Source of the DNA: an uncultured candidate division Zixibacteria bacterium
GTDB lineage: Bacteria > Zixibacteria > MSB-5A5 > RBG-16-43-9
Assembly (NCBI GenBank): GCA_963713865.1
Contig: OY970208.1
Location: 1,920,001 to 1,984,000, forward strand
DNA: 64,000 bases
Reading direction: 5' to 3'
The notes beneath the pieces are model-generated. The model saw only the letters and a program-made list of their open reading frames with translations. It did no database searches and was not told the DNA's origin. A program made the position numbers and the translations under genes. Positions 30,422-40,541 of this stretch are shown here, one piece after another; the stretch's first letter is position 1, and every line of letters starts with the position of its first letter.

Positions 30422-31081
30422 CTACTGATTACTGGATAAGAAATGAGCTCCATTTGCTAAAAGTATTATCTTATCCTTTATTAATGAAATGACTTGACTT
30501 CTCTGAGAAAGAGTCGTTCCATCATTCCAGATTCGCCAGAACTCTTTTTCAAACTCTGTAACAATATGTTCATCTTCTATTTGTAAACCTTGAATTCGTT
30601 GGTATCCAAAGTTGTTTCTCACATCAATTGTTAGACTCTTCTTAGCCTTTACAATAAATACAAAAGGAAGTACTTCACGACAAAAGGCGACTTCATATAA
30701 AGGCAGATGCTGTAGAAGAGATACTATAGTCTGTAGAACTTTTATGATCTCCTTTGGTGTTGCTCTGAAGTTGGGTATTTGCCTGTGGACAATGCCACTT
30801 CTACAAAATTCTTCTATCGCATCAATTTCATAGATTTCCTTATAAGGTATCTTCCGCATATTAGAATGAATACTTTTGCTGCGTCGCCAGAGATCATTTG
30901 CTGCTACTCCAGCGGATGATTTTGTAGCTAAATCTTTTTCATAATACCGTAGTATTATAGATTTGGAGAAAAGATGCGATGAAAGATAACTTGAAGCTAC
31001 TAAAGTGGTGATTCCTTTTTGTTCAATATTATCAATGTGCTTGATATATTCATCTGTCGTTCTAAAAATGTGGATTGGCAT
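30422..31081 (-). CDS. Hypothetical protein with DUF5753-like pattern, no HTH
   Basis: C-terminal IEDEHIVTEFEKEFWRIWNDGTTLSQRSQVISLI resembles the DUF5753 C-terminus (visual resemblance only). Confidence 0.45.
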   Translation of the reverse strand: MPIHIFRTTDEYIKHIDNIEQKGITTLVASSYLSSHLFSKSIILRYYEKDLATKSSAGVAANDLWRRSKSIHSNMRKIPYKEIYEIDAIEEFCRSGIVHRQIPNFRATPKEIIKVLQTIVSLLQHLPLYEVAFCREVLPFVFIVKAKKSLTIDVRNNFGYQRIQGLQIEDEHIVTEFEKEFWRIWNDGTTLSQRSQVISLIKDKIILLANGAHFLSSNQ

Positions 31082-31098
31082 AACTTTTCCTCGTTTGT

Positions 31099-32469
31099 TT
31101 ATCCCTTAGAAATATCCGCAATCACCGGCGAGGCAAGCTTTATAAGATCAACAACTGAAATCCTTAATGATTCAGTCCGTTTTCCAGTTCCGCAGTACAC
31201 CATTTCGAGTTCTTTGATTCGATTATCAAGAATGACATTTATAGAACGCGGGTATCCAAAAGGAGGGATTCCTCCAATACTAAAACCAGTAATTTCTTCC
31301 ACCTCTTGCGCAGTTGCTATCTTAATCTGATCTCTCTTAACTTCTAAAATATAAGCTACTTTTGCAAAGTCCATCCTTCTATGTGCTTGAAGTACCACTG
31401 CAAAGTATTGTGGTTGTTGTCCAATAGGGCTGTCTTTCTGAGTTATCGGGATAATCTTAATTATAATCGATTTGATCAACTCTAGTTTCTGCACGTCAAG
31501 AACAGATGCTACATCATCAGGAGACATCACGGGAGCATGCACCTTAATATTCGGAACAATATGATTATTTTCCAAAAGACGCATTATGTTCAAGTAGCCA
31601 TATGTCTCTTGTTCGGTATCAAGCTTCCCTTTTTTTCTGCAAATCGCCACAATATACGGACCTCCAGCAATTTGCTCATTAAGTCTCAATTCTTTATCTA
31701 CTATAGTGCATAGTTGTTTTGCTTTTTCACTTTTGAAAATAGAATGTGGGAATAATGAAGTAAGAGTGGGAAAGGTAGAAAGTTCTACTATCTCAAAATA
31801 GCTTCCTAACATATCTCTTACTTCCTGGAGTGAATACGCACGAACAGCTACATCATAATTCTCACTCTTAAAATTAACCTTGAGAAACCCTGTTTTTGGG
31901 TCAAAACGTGCAGATAGACTTGGCGCCCATTCTAGACTATCAATTTGAACTACAAGAGATTGTTTGTTATAGAATGATATTAGGAAGACACCACTAGGCT
32001 CAAGAACTCTTTTTACCTCCCTTAACAATGGGGATAATTCCCGAACGAAACTTCCCATGCCGAATCCTGAGTTAATAAAGGAAATACTTGAATTAGAAAC
32101 ATCGGTAAGAAGATCCTCTTCTAAGTCTCTAACTACAAACTGGATATTACCTGCTGATTTATGCAGCTTTTTTTTCTGCGCTACTTTAATCATCTCAGAA
32201 CTGAAATCATATCCACGAACTTGATCAAAATGTCTATGAAAGTAAAAAGCATCTCTACCTGTTCCGCAACCGAGATCTAGAGCAATTCGTCTGCGGTTCT
32301 TATCTAATGATTCAATGGTGCGATTGATAACCTCCAATTCATACTCCATATAACTACCTGTGGCGAAGTTTGAGGCTGCATATATCTTATCATATTCCTC
32401 TGCAGATTTGTTAGAGAGTTCTTTATGACGTTGCTTCCCTATAGTCCAATTATCTATAGTTTCAACCAT
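31099..32469 (-). CDS. Class I SAM methyltransferase fused to a C-terminal YbaK/ProX domain
   Basis: ALDLGCGTG, GYDFSSEMI, RVLEPSG; C-terminal ELIKSII, TGFSIGGIPPFG, VYCGTG; AGGAGG RBS. Confidence 0.88.
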   Translation of the reverse strand: MVETIDNWTIGKQRHKELSNKSAEEYDKIYAASNFATGSYMEYELEVINRTIESLDKNRRRIALDLGCGTGRDAFYFHRHFDQVRGYDFSSEMIKVAQKKKLHKSAGNIQFVVRDLEEDLLTDVSNSSISFINSGFGMGSFVRELSPLLREVKRVLEPSGVFLISFYNKQSLVVQIDSLEWAPSLSARFDPKTGFLKVNFKSENYDVAVRAYSLQEVRDMLGSYFEIVELSTFPTLTSLFPHSIFKSEKAKQLCTIVDKELRLNEQIAGGPYIVAICRKKGKLDTEQETYGYLNIMRLLENNHIVPNIKVHAPVMSPDDVASVLDVQKLELIKSIIIKIIPITQKDSPIGQQPQYFAVVLQAHRRMDFAKVAYILEVKRDQIKIATAQEVEEITGFSIGGIPPFGYPRSINVILDNRIKELEMVYCGTGKRTESLRISVVDLIKLASPVIADISKG

Positions 32470-32547
32470 GGTTGTCCTCCTTTAATAATCTTGCCAAATA
32501 GTTTATAAATAAATAGGCTGAACAGATTTTTTCTCTGTTCTTTGTTT

Positions 32548-32619
32548 TGTAGGGGCGTATTGCAATATGCCCTACTTCTTCTGACCCTCCCTCTTATCCC
32601 TCCCTACAAGGGAGGGAAG
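32548..32619. repeat. REP-like elements overlapping the folD 3' end
   Basis: GTAGGGGCGTATTGCAATATGCCCTAC and CCCTCCC-TACAA-GGGAGGG. Confidence 0.75.
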
Positions 32620-33509
32620 ATTAAACCAACCCCTTTCTGCATCTTCGCTGCTTTTAGCGTATTTGACAAAAGCATCGCCACGGTCATTGGTCCTACTCCG
32701 CCGGGGACAGGGGTTATGGCTTTTGCTACTTCTTTTACCTCCTCAAAATCCACGTCTCCAAAAATCCTGTAACCTTTTTCTGCGGTTTTATCCTCTACCC
32801 TATTCACTCCTACGTCTATCACCACAGCTCCCGGGCTTACCATATCTCTGGTTAAAAATTTCGGTTTGCCCATAGCGGCAACGATTATATCTGCCTGTTT
32901 GGTATATTTGGGAATATCCTTTGTCCCGGTATGAACTAAAGTAACTGTGGCATTGGCGCCTTTTGCTTTCTGGGACAAAATCACGGAAAGCGGTCTGCCC
33001 ACTAAACTGCCACGTCCTAAAATAACCACGTGCTTACCTGAAGGGTCATTTCCGCTTCTCATTAAAAGCTCCTGAATCCCATAAGGAGTGCAGGGTAAAA
33101 AAGTGGGCTTACCAGCCAGCATAAGCCCCAAATTATAAGGATGAAAACCATCCACGTCCTTTTCCGGGGAAATGGCTTTGATTATCTTTTCTTCAGAAAT
33201 TTGCTCAGGCAGCGGAAGCTGAACCAAAATTCCACTGATCTTATCTTTGTTATTTAGCTCTGCAATTAAATCAAGAAGCTCAGATTCTTTCATCTCCCTG
33301 GGATATTTTAAAACCTCAGAATAAATCCCGGCTTCCTCGCAGGCTTTTGCCTTGCTTCTTACATAGATTTGAGAAGCTGGGTTATCCCCCACTAAAACCG
33401 CAGCCAAGCCAGGGACTATACCCTTGCTTTTCAAGGTCTCAGTTTCACTTTTGACTTCTGCTCTGATCTGTTCTGAAATCTTTTTGCCATCGATTAATTC
33501 AGCCGCCAT
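32604..33509 (-). CDS. folD: Methylenetetrahydrofolate dehydrogenase/cyclohydrolase
   Basis: LVQLPLP, KDVDGFHP, PCTP, TPVPGGVGPMT. Confidence 0.98.
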   Translation of the reverse strand: MAAELIDGKKISEQIRAEVKSETETLKSKGIVPGLAAVLVGDNPASQIYVRSKAKACEEAGIYSEVLKYPREMKESELLDLIAELNNKDKISGILVQLPLPEQISEEKIIKAISPEKDVDGFHPYNLGLMLAGKPTFLPCTPYGIQELLMRSGNDPSGKHVVILGRGSLVGRPLSVILSQKAKGANATVTLVHTGTKDIPKYTKQADIIVAAMGKPKFLTRDMVSPGAVVIDVGVNRVEDKTAEKGYRIFGDVDFEEVKEVAKAITPVPGGVGPMTVAMLLSNTLKAAKMQKGVGLIFPPL

Positions 33510-33511
33510 TT

Positions 33512-34321
33512 TTAATCTCCCTCCATCTCTTCTTTTTGAGCTGGCAAACCAATCCTGATCCTTTCTATGTCAATAGCTCTGCCAGTATCTGAATCTATCT
33601 CCACTAAAACCCCGCAGAATCTAACATCTTCTTTGGCAATCCGGAACCTGTTTGGAATCTGGGTCAAGAAACGAGTAATAGCATCCTCTTTTATAATCCC
33701 TATGACCGAGTCGTGCGCACCGGTCATACCGGCATCAGTTATATATGCAGTTCCATTGGGCAAGATCGTCTCATCCACGGTCTGAACGTGAGTATGCGTT
33801 CCGATGACTGCAGAAACCTTACCGTCCAGATACCAGCCCAAAGCCATCTTCTCTGAAGTAGCCTCTGCATGCATATCCACTATGATTATATTTGTTTCCT
33901 GTTTTAATCTCTGAATCTCCTGATCAGCTGTGCGGAATGGGCAGTCTATTTCTTTAATATAGACCCTACCCTGCAGATTCAAGACTCCGATTTTAACTCC
34001 GTTTTTAAGCTGATAAACGACTGAGCCTTTCCCGGGAGTTTTCGGAGGATAATTTGACGGACGCAATAGATTCGGGTCTTTATCCAGATATTCATAAATC
34101 TCCTTCCGGTCCCAGATATGATTCCCTGAAGTCAGGACATTAACTCCATAACTATAGACCTTGGAGGCGATCTCCTTGGTCAAACCAAAACCACCTGCCG
34201 CATTTTCCACGTTAGCTATCACTAAATCTATCTGCTTCTCTTTTTTCAGATCAGGCAATATCTGGGAAACCGCCCACCGCCCCGGCTTCCCCATCAAATC
34301 TGCAATCAGCAGTACTTTCAA
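33512..34321 (-). CDS. ymdB: YmdB-like (TIGR00282) metallophosphoesterase
   Basis: ENAAGGFG, SGNH, HAEATSEK, GTHTHVQT; downstream of rny. Confidence 0.93.
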   Translation of the reverse strand: MKVLLIADLMGKPGRWAVSQILPDLKKEKQIDLVIANVENAAGGFGLTKEIASKVYSYGVNVLTSGNHIWDRKEIYEYLDKDPNLLRPSNYPPKTPGKGSVVYQLKNGVKIGVLNLQGRVYIKEIDCPFRTADQEIQRLKQETNIIIVDMHAEATSEKMALGWYLDGKVSAVIGTHTHVQTVDETILPNGTAYITDAGMTGAHDSVIGIIKEDAITRFLTQIPNRFRIAKEDVRFCGVLVEIDSDTGRAIDIERIRIGLPAQKEEMEGD

Positions 34322-34460
34322 ATTGACTCCTTTTAATAAAGTAAAAATATTTAGTTCATTTTACACAAATAGAAAAATTAATCAAGGGAAAAATTAAGAG
34401 AAATATAAAATTTATATCCAAGATATCCTTTCGAGCTGAAGTAAATAAGTTAATTATTTT

Positions 34461-34689
34461 CGTAGTGCGACCCTTTAGGGTCGCATAAGCGAGGCTAAAG
34501 CCTCACACTACGATAAACTAAAAAAGCAAAGCTGAAGCCTTGCCCTACAAATTGTAATCAAAAACTTATCCTATATAAAAAGGGCAGGACGATGTCCTGC
34601 CCCTACAATTCCCTCTCTTTTTCAAGGAGAGGGTAAGGGCGTACTACCATATAAAAAATTAAGGGCAGACACGGGGATCTGCCCCTACA
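34461..34689. repeat. Cluster of REP-like palindromes
   Basis: CGTAGTGCGACCC...CACTACG, AGGGCAGGAC-GAT-GTCCTGCCCCTACA, AGGGCAGA...TCTGCCCCTACA. Confidence 0.8.
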
Positions 34690-34729
34690 ATTAATTCGTC
34701 ATTCGAAATCCGTCATCCTTCATTGATCA

Positions 34730-36289
34730 TTATTTCGCATACTCCACTGCCCGGGTCTCCCTTATAACCGTTACTTTTATCTGTCCGGGGTATTCCATCT
34801 CCGCTTCGATTTTCTTGGCAATCTCCTGGGCTAAATTAGTCGCTCCGGCATCGTCTATATGCTCGTGTTCCACGATTATCCTTATCTCCCTGCCAGCCTG
34901 AATGGCATAGGCTTTGGTTACCCCCTTAAAAGAATCTGCCAATTCTTCCAACTTCTCCAGCCGCTTAATATACCCTTCTAAGGTCTCCCTTCTGGCACCT
35001 GGTCGAGCACCGGAGATCGCATCTGCTGATTGAACCATAATCGAATATGGAGATTCCATAGGCACGTCTTCGTGATGTGAAAGAATGGCATTTAAGACCA
35101 AGGGATGTTCACCATATTTCTGGGCAATGTTGTATCCGATCTGGGAATGGGTTCCTTCAGTCTCCCGGTCTACAGCTTTTCCTATATCGTGTAAAAGCCC
35201 TGCTCTTTTGGCTAAATTTGCATCTAACTCTAATTCTGCCGCCATCAGCCCGGCAATGAAAGACACTTCTTTGGAATGCTGGAGCACGTTTTGACCATAG
35301 CTGGTTCGAAATTGAAGTTTCCCTAAGAGCTTGATGATCTCCGGATGAAGCCCGTGAATCCCTACGTCAAAGCAGGCCTGTTCCCCGGTCTCACGTATAA
35401 TAACCTCCATCTCTTTTTGAGTCTTGGTTATTATCTCCTCAATCCGGGCAGGATGAATTCTGCCGTCTAAGATCAGCTTTTCCAGAGACATCCGTGCAAT
35501 CTCCCTCCGGATCGGGTCATATCCTGAAAGGATAACTGCCTCAGGCGTATCGTCCACTATCACGTCAATTCCGGTTGCCGTCTCAAAAGACCTGATGTTC
35601 CTTCCCTCTCTTCCGATTATCCTTCCCTTCATCTCTTCGTTCGGAAGATTGACTACCGAAACCGTTGACTCAACTGTATGGTCAGCGGCACACCGCTGGA
35701 TTGCTGAGATGATGATATTCTTGGCTTCTTTTTCAGCAGTCTCTTCAGCTTTCTCTTTGATCTCTTTTATCAGTTGAGCAGCTTCCTGGCGTGCCTGGTT
35801 TTCTAAGTTTGTCATTAACAGTTTCTTAGCCTCTTCAGATGTCATTTGAGCTATCCTCTCCAGCTGCCTGTTCTGATCAGAAATCAGTCGATTTAACTCC
35901 TCGTCTCTGGATCGGATAGCTTTTTCTCTGGCATAAAGGATTTTCTCTTTATTCTGTATCTCACGATCTTTCTTATTGAGGATATCTACTTTGCGATCTA
36001 AATTAATTTCTCTTTCCTGAAGCCTTTTTTCGATCTTCTGGAATTCTAATCTCTTATTAGCCAGTTCTCTTTCGAAATTTGCCTTAGCTTTATACCACTC
36101 ATCCCTAGCCTCTAAAACCGCTTCTTTCTTCTTTATTTCAGCCTCTTTCTCCGCCTCCAGGACTATCTTCCGGGCTAATTCTTCGGCCTTGGCTAATTTA
36201 GCCTCCCCGATCCTCCGGCTAACAAACCAGCCAAGAAAGAAAGAAAGAACTGCAATTGCCACTCCTAATACAATCAATGGAACAACCAT
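34730..36289 (-). CDS. rny: Ribonuclease Y
   Basis: N-terminal TM, coiled coil, [11 protein letters not shown] (KH), LHDIGK (HD); start at ATG 36289 after AGGAGGAGG. Confidence 0.98.
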   Translation of the reverse strand: MVVPLIVLGVAIAVLSFFLGWFVSRRIGEAKLAKAEELARKIVLEAEKEAEIKKKEAVLEARDEWYKAKANFERELANKRLEFQKIEKRLQEREINLDRKVDILNKKDREIQNKEKILYAREKAIRSRDEELNRLISDQNRQLERIAQMTSEEAKKLLMTNLENQARQEAAQLIKEIKEKAEETAEKEAKNIIISAIQRCAADHTVESTVSVVNLPNEEMKGRIIGREGRNIRSFETATGIDVIVDDTPEAVILSGYDPIRREIARMSLEKLILDGRIHPARIEEIITKTQKEMEVIIRETGEQACFDVGIHGLHPEIIKLLGKLQFRTSYGQNVLQHSKEVSFIAGLMAAELELDANLAKRAGLLHDIGKAVDRETEGTHSQIGYNIAQKYGEHPLVLNAILSHHEDVPMESPYSIMVQSADAISGARPGARRETLEGYIKRLEKLEELADSFKGVTKAYAIQAGREIRIIVEHEHIDDAGATNLAQEIAKKIEAEMEYPGQIKVTVIRETRAVEYAK

Positions 36290-36310
36290 ATCCTCCTCCT
36301 TTAAAAACAA

Positions 36311-36379
36311 AAACCCACTTAGCTAAAAATCTTTCATCTCGCCTACGGCGGAATAAAAGACTTCAAGTTAAGTGGGTTT
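36311..36379 (-). promoter_or_regulatory. Long hairpin with U-tract between zapA and rny
   Basis: AAACCCACTTA...TAAGTGGGTTT closing stem followed by TTGTTTTT. Confidence 0.6.
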
Positions 36380-36396
36380 ATCCAGATAGATAAATA

Positions 36397-36708
36397 TTAT
36401 TCTTCTATCAACTTAGCATCTAACCACTCTATCAAAGATTGGGTTTTCTCTTCAACTTCCGAGAGTTTTTTTTCTTTATCTTCCCTTTCCTTGAAAAGCT
36501 CATCTGCAATATTCAAAGCTGCCAGGACCGCAATCTGAGTCTGGTTACGAGCAGGAATTTTTTCTGCTATCTCCTTCATTTTTCGGTTTACATAGTCTGC
36601 CACACCTTGAACATAACCTGAATCTGCTTCAGACTTTATAGGATATTCCTGTCCGTAGATATTTACTTTAATGCTTTGTTTTCTGTCTTCGTTAAGTTCC
36701 TGCGACAT
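36397..36708 (-). CDS. zapA: Cell division protein ZapA
   Basis: VNIYGQEY, VADYVNRKM, AVLAALNIADELF. Confidence 0.93.
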   Translation of the reverse strand: MSQELNEDRKQSIKVNIYGQEYPIKSEADSGYVQGVADYVNRKMKEIAEKIPARNQTQIAVLAALNIADELFKEREDKEKKLSEVEEKTQSLIEWLDAKLIEE

Positions 36709-36774
36709 TTTAAATTATCTTAAAATCGTTTTTTCTCCACTTAACTTGAATTATATTAAACTTATGCTTTGATT

Positions 36775-36803
36775 ATGATAAAGTATTAACTTAAGTTTGT
36801 CAA
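36775..36803 (-). promoter_or_regulatory. Sigma70-type promoter upstream of zapA
   Basis: TTGACA-N17-TATCAT. Confidence 0.65.
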
Positions 36804-36811
36804 GTTAAAAT

Positions 36812-37087
36812 TTAGTCAATATCACTCAATCTGGCTAAAAGGTTTTCTATCCTCCTTTTGATCTTTTCCTCTTTATTTCTTATACTTTCTTTCCTCTCGT
36901 TTATTTGAGCTTTGAGCTGGTTATTTTCTTGAGCTAATCCCTTATTCTTCCCTTCGATCTCAAAAACATTAGAGGAAAGTTTGTTATAGGAGCTAGTTAC
37001 TTGTCTGTTCTCCTCTTTTAATTTATCGACCAATTCAAGAACCTTATTTATCTTAAGTTCTAACTCTTCTAAACTATCCCAGTGCAT
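36812..37087 (-). CDS. ZapB-like coiled-coil protein
   Basis: LEELELKINKVLELVDKLKEEN...IENLLARL; pheT-zapB-zapA synteny. Confidence 0.75.
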   Translation of the reverse strand: MHWDSLEELELKINKVLELVDKLKEENRQVTSSYNKLSSNVFEIEGKNKGLAQENNQLKAQINERKESIRNKEEKIKRRIENLLARLSDID

Positions 37088-37098
37088 ATAACCTCCTT

Positions 37099-39504
37099 TT
37101 ACTCCCTGAGCTCAGCTCCATATCTTTCTTTCAACCCCTCTGTGATTTTTTTATGCACCTTCCCGACTTCTTCCTCCGTAAGGGTTTTTTCCTCAGAGCG
37201 ATACCAGATGGTAAAGGCTAAACTTTTCTTGCCTGCAGGCACCTGTGACCCTTTATAAAGATCAAAAAGGTGAACTTTTTCCACCATCTCGCCCCCTGAT
37301 TTCTGGATTTCAGTTTCCAGGTCTTTAGATAAAATCCCTTCATCCACCACCAGGGAAATATCCCTCTCAACCCCGGGAAACCTGGGTAGTGGTGTGTAGG
37401 ATCTGGGTGGAGGAATAACCTCAGACAGGGTTTGAAAATCTATCTCCGCTAAAAAGATCTCCTGATCTAAATCAAAAAGCTTCAAAATCTCATCTGAAAT
37501 CTTCCCTAAACAACCCCATACCTTACCTTGACTCCGAAGCTCGAAAGAGATCTTTTCTGAGAAAAGGTTTAAATCCTCTGGTAAAATGTCGTGCTCTTCT
37601 ATTCTTAAATCATCGATCAAATCTTCAATGATCCCCTTAAGGTCATAAAAATCAACACTTTTTTCTTTCTCACCCCAGAAAATTGGATCCTTTCTACCGC
37701 AAAGAGCTATTTGCAACTGTAGTCTCTCATCCGGTTTCTCTTTTCCCCTTGACCAGAATACCTTCCCTAATTCAAATATCCTCAGATCTTTTTCTTTTCT
37801 GTTCAGATTCCAGGAGATTATGGAGAGAAGATTATAACTAAGCGAGGTTGTCAAAAGAGATAACTCATCATTCAAAGGATTGAGAACACTGATTCCTTTT
37901 TTGTAAGGATTGATTTTACTCATTTTGACTGGATCAACTAAATTGTTAGAGACAACCTCAAATAGACCCTTCCCCGCTAAGAAATTTTTGACTCTTTTTA
38001 TAAGTCTTTCTTCCTCAGATATAGGAGTAAGAAGTTCACCTCCAGCCCTGAAGGAGCTATCAATTTTATCATAGCTGTAAATCCGTGCCACTTCTTCGAT
38101 CAGGTCTATTTCCCTGGTCAAGTCCGGTCTGAATGTTGGAATCTCTATAGATAAAGCATCAGGTTCCCTATCTAAAACTTTTATCTCCAAATTCTCAAAG
38201 ATCCCTTCAATCTCCTTTTGGACAATTCCAGTCCCTAGGATCTTATTGCATCTTTGAGGTCTGAAGGAAATTCTTGCAGGCAAGATAGATTTTGGATAGT
38301 TATCTACTACCCCTTTTAAGATTTTGCCTTGACAGATATCTGCCATAAGTTGAGTTGCCCTGTCTGATGCCTGAATAACTATATTTGGATCTGCTCCTCT
38401 TTCAAACCGGTAGGAAGCTTCCGTGTTCAATCCTAAAGAAATTCTCCCTCTGCGGATCACCCTCGGATCAAAATAAGCGCTTTCCAGGAGAACGTTTTTA
38501 GTCTTCTCAGTAACTTCGCTTTCCAGCCCACCCATTATTCCTGCAATCGCTATAGGCTTACTCCCATCAGTTATAAGAAGAACCTCTGGATTTAATACCC
38601 GTTCTACTCCATCTAAGGTAAAAAATTTCTCCTTCTCCTTTGCCCTGCGGACTAATACTTTCCTGGATGGTTTGCCTGAGAATTTAGTAAAAAGGTCATA
38701 ATCAAAAGCATGTAACGGATGGCCTGTTTCCATCAATATGAAATTGGTAATATCAACCACATTATTAATCCCCCTCGTTCCGCAGCACTCTAATTTTCTT
38801 CTGAGCCAGAAAGGGGATTTGGTAACCTTTACTTCTTTAATTACCCTGGCAGAATAACGAGAACAGCCTAAAGTGTCTTCTATTAAGACCCTTACCCAGT
38901 TTGAGGTAGACTCTTCTATCTCTTTAATAAAATACTCAGGTTTTTTGAGTTTTCCTCCGGAAAGTGCGGCTATATCCCTGGCTATACCGATCATAGAGGC
39001 GGCATCCGGACGATTTGGAGTCAAATCAATGTCTAAAACAAAATCTTCTAAGTCCAAGGCTTGACTTAAAAGTTCCCCGACTTTTCGATCGTCATCTAAG
39101 ATCATTATCACTTCTGACTCCTCACCTATCCCTAATTCCTTTTCAGAACAAATCATCCCGAATGAGTCAATTCCCTTTAAATTCGCTTTTTCTATCTGAA
39201 TATTAAAAGGAAGTTTCGCTCCAATCAAGGCTACCGGAACTTTTGCACCTGACACCACATTTTTCGCCCCGCATATTATCTGCAAAACCTCTTTCCCTGT
39301 ATCAACCAGGCAAACAGACAGCTTCTCAGCCTCCGGGTGTTTTTCAACTTTTTTGATCTGCCCTACTATAACCTTTTCTAATCCTTTTCCCCGGGATTCA
39401 ATCGACTCGACCTCTAAACCAGCTAAGGTTAACCTGTCTGCCAGCTCTTCCACTGACCAGTTGAAATCAACTAATTCTTTTAGCCATTTATAACTTGTCT
39501 TCAT
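37099..39504 (-). CDS. pheT: Phenylalanine--tRNA ligase beta subunit
   Basis: TPNRPD, RFERG, RPDLTREIDLIEEVAR, FDX-ACB C-terminus. Confidence 0.98.
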   Translation of the reverse strand: MKTSYKWLKELVDFNWSVEELADRLTLAGLEVESIESRGKGLEKVIVGQIKKVEKHPEAEKLSVCLVDTGKEVLQIICGAKNVVSGAKVPVALIGAKLPFNIQIEKANLKGIDSFGMICSEKELGIGEESEVIMILDDDRKVGELLSQALDLEDFVLDIDLTPNRPDAASMIGIARDIAALSGGKLKKPEYFIKEIEESTSNWVRVLIEDTLGCSRYSARVIKEVKVTKSPFWLRRKLECCGTRGINNVVDITNFILMETGHPLHAFDYDLFTKFSGKPSRKVLVRRAKEKEKFFTLDGVERVLNPEVLLITDGSKPIAIAGIMGGLESEVTEKTKNVLLESAYFDPRVIRRGRISLGLNTEASYRFERGADPNIVIQASDRATQLMADICQGKILKGVVDNYPKSILPARISFRPQRCNKILGTGIVQKEIEGIFENLEIKVLDREPDALSIEIPTFRPDLTREIDLIEEVARIYSYDKIDSSFRAGGELLTPISEEERLIKRVKNFLAGKGLFEVVSNNLVDPVKMSKINPYKKGISVLNPLNDELSLLTTSLSYNLLSIISWNLNRKEKDLRIFELGKVFWSRGKEKPDERLQLQIALCGRKDPIFWGEKEKSVDFYDLKGIIEDLIDDLRIEEHDILPEDLNLFSEKISFELRSQGKVWGCLGKISDEILKLFDLDQEIFLAEIDFQTLSEVIPPPRSYTPLPRFPGVERDISLVVDEGILSKDLETEIQKSGGEMVEKVHLFDLYKGSQVPAGKKSLAFTIWYRSEEKTLTEEEVGKVHKKITEGLKERYGAELRE

Positions 39505-39505
39505 C

Positions 39506-40537
39506 TTAAAACTGCCTTAAAAATCTTAAATCATTCTCATAGAATAGACGGATATCGTCAATCCTGTATTTTAACAGTGCAATCCGGTCCACACCCAATC
39601 CAAAGGCATATCCAGAATATTTTTCCGGGTCATACCCAACTGCTTTGAATACTTCTGGATCTATCATCCCTGCCCCCAAAATCTCAAGCCAGCCCCGATA
39701 TTTACAAAGACTACACCCTTTACCTTTACAGATTATGCATCTGATGTCCACCTCAGCCGAAGGTTCAGTGAAAGGGAAGAAACTTGCTCTAAAGCGTAGT
39801 TCAACCTCTTTTTCGAAAAATTCTTTTACAAATGCGACTAAAGCCCCTTTCAGATCTGCGAAAGTCACACCCTCATCTACATAAAACCCTTCCACTTGAT
39901 AGAAAAGACAGAAACTCCGGGAATTAATTGCCTCATGTCTGTAAACTCTCCCTGGAGCTAAAATTTTAACTGGCGGTTTTCTTTTTTCGAAAACTCTGAC
40001 TTGAACTGGAGAGGTATGCGTTCTAAGGATCAAACCCTCACCCAGATAAAATGTATCCTGCATATCTCTAGCTGGATGATCCTGAGGGAAATTCAAAGCA
40101 TCAAAGTTATAGTAGTTAGTCTCGATATCGGGCCCCTTTACTACTTCAAATCCCATTCCATAGAATATCTGCACTATCCGTTCTAAAACTTGAGTAAGAG
40201 GATGAAGCTTCCCTTCCCAGCTTTTTCGTCCAGGTAAAGTGAAGTCAAAAAACTCTATAGGTGCAATTTTCTCCTTTTCTTTCAGCTCCTGAACTTTTGC
40301 CTGCAAAATCTCATCTAATCTAATTTTTATCAGATTTGCCTTTTGACCAGCCTGAGGTCTATTTTCTAAAGGAAGGGTTTTTAACTCCTTAAGTAAAGTG
40401 GAGAACTTCCCCTTTCGGCTGAGATACTCGGATTTGAGCTCTTCAAGTTCTCTAAGATTTGAGACAGATTTTAACCTGCCTATAACTGTTTCTTCTATTT
40501 CCTCTAAACTTTTTAAAAAAGTCATCCTGTTTTTCAA
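39506..40537 (-). CDS. pheS: Phenylalanine--tRNA ligase alpha subunit
   Basis: HPARDMQDTF, LRTHTSPVQ, FPFTEPS. Confidence 0.98.
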   Translation of the reverse strand: MKNRMTFLKSLEEIEETVIGRLKSVSNLRELEELKSEYLSRKGKFSTLLKELKTLPLENRPQAGQKANLIKIRLDEILQAKVQELKEKEKIAPIEFFDFTLPGRKSWEGKLHPLTQVLERIVQIFYGMGFEVVKGPDIETNYYNFDALNFPQDHPARDMQDTFYLGEGLILRTHTSPVQVRVFEKRKPPVKILAPGRVYRHEAINSRSFCLFYQVEGFYVDEGVTFADLKGALVAFVKEFFEKEVELRFRASFFPFTEPSAEVDIRCIICKGKGCSLCKYRGWLEILGAGMIDPEVFKAVGYDPEKYSGYAFGLGVDRIALLKYRIDDIRLFYENDLRFLRQF

Positions 40538-40541
40538 TAAA

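Noticed and set aside
25884-32619. Island as a classical integron or prophage
   Set aside because: No integrase, no convincing attC core sites after the stops, and no phage genes.
34461-34720. Repeat cluster as a CRISPR array
   Set aside because: Repeats are non-identical, irregularly spaced palindromes and there are no cas genes.
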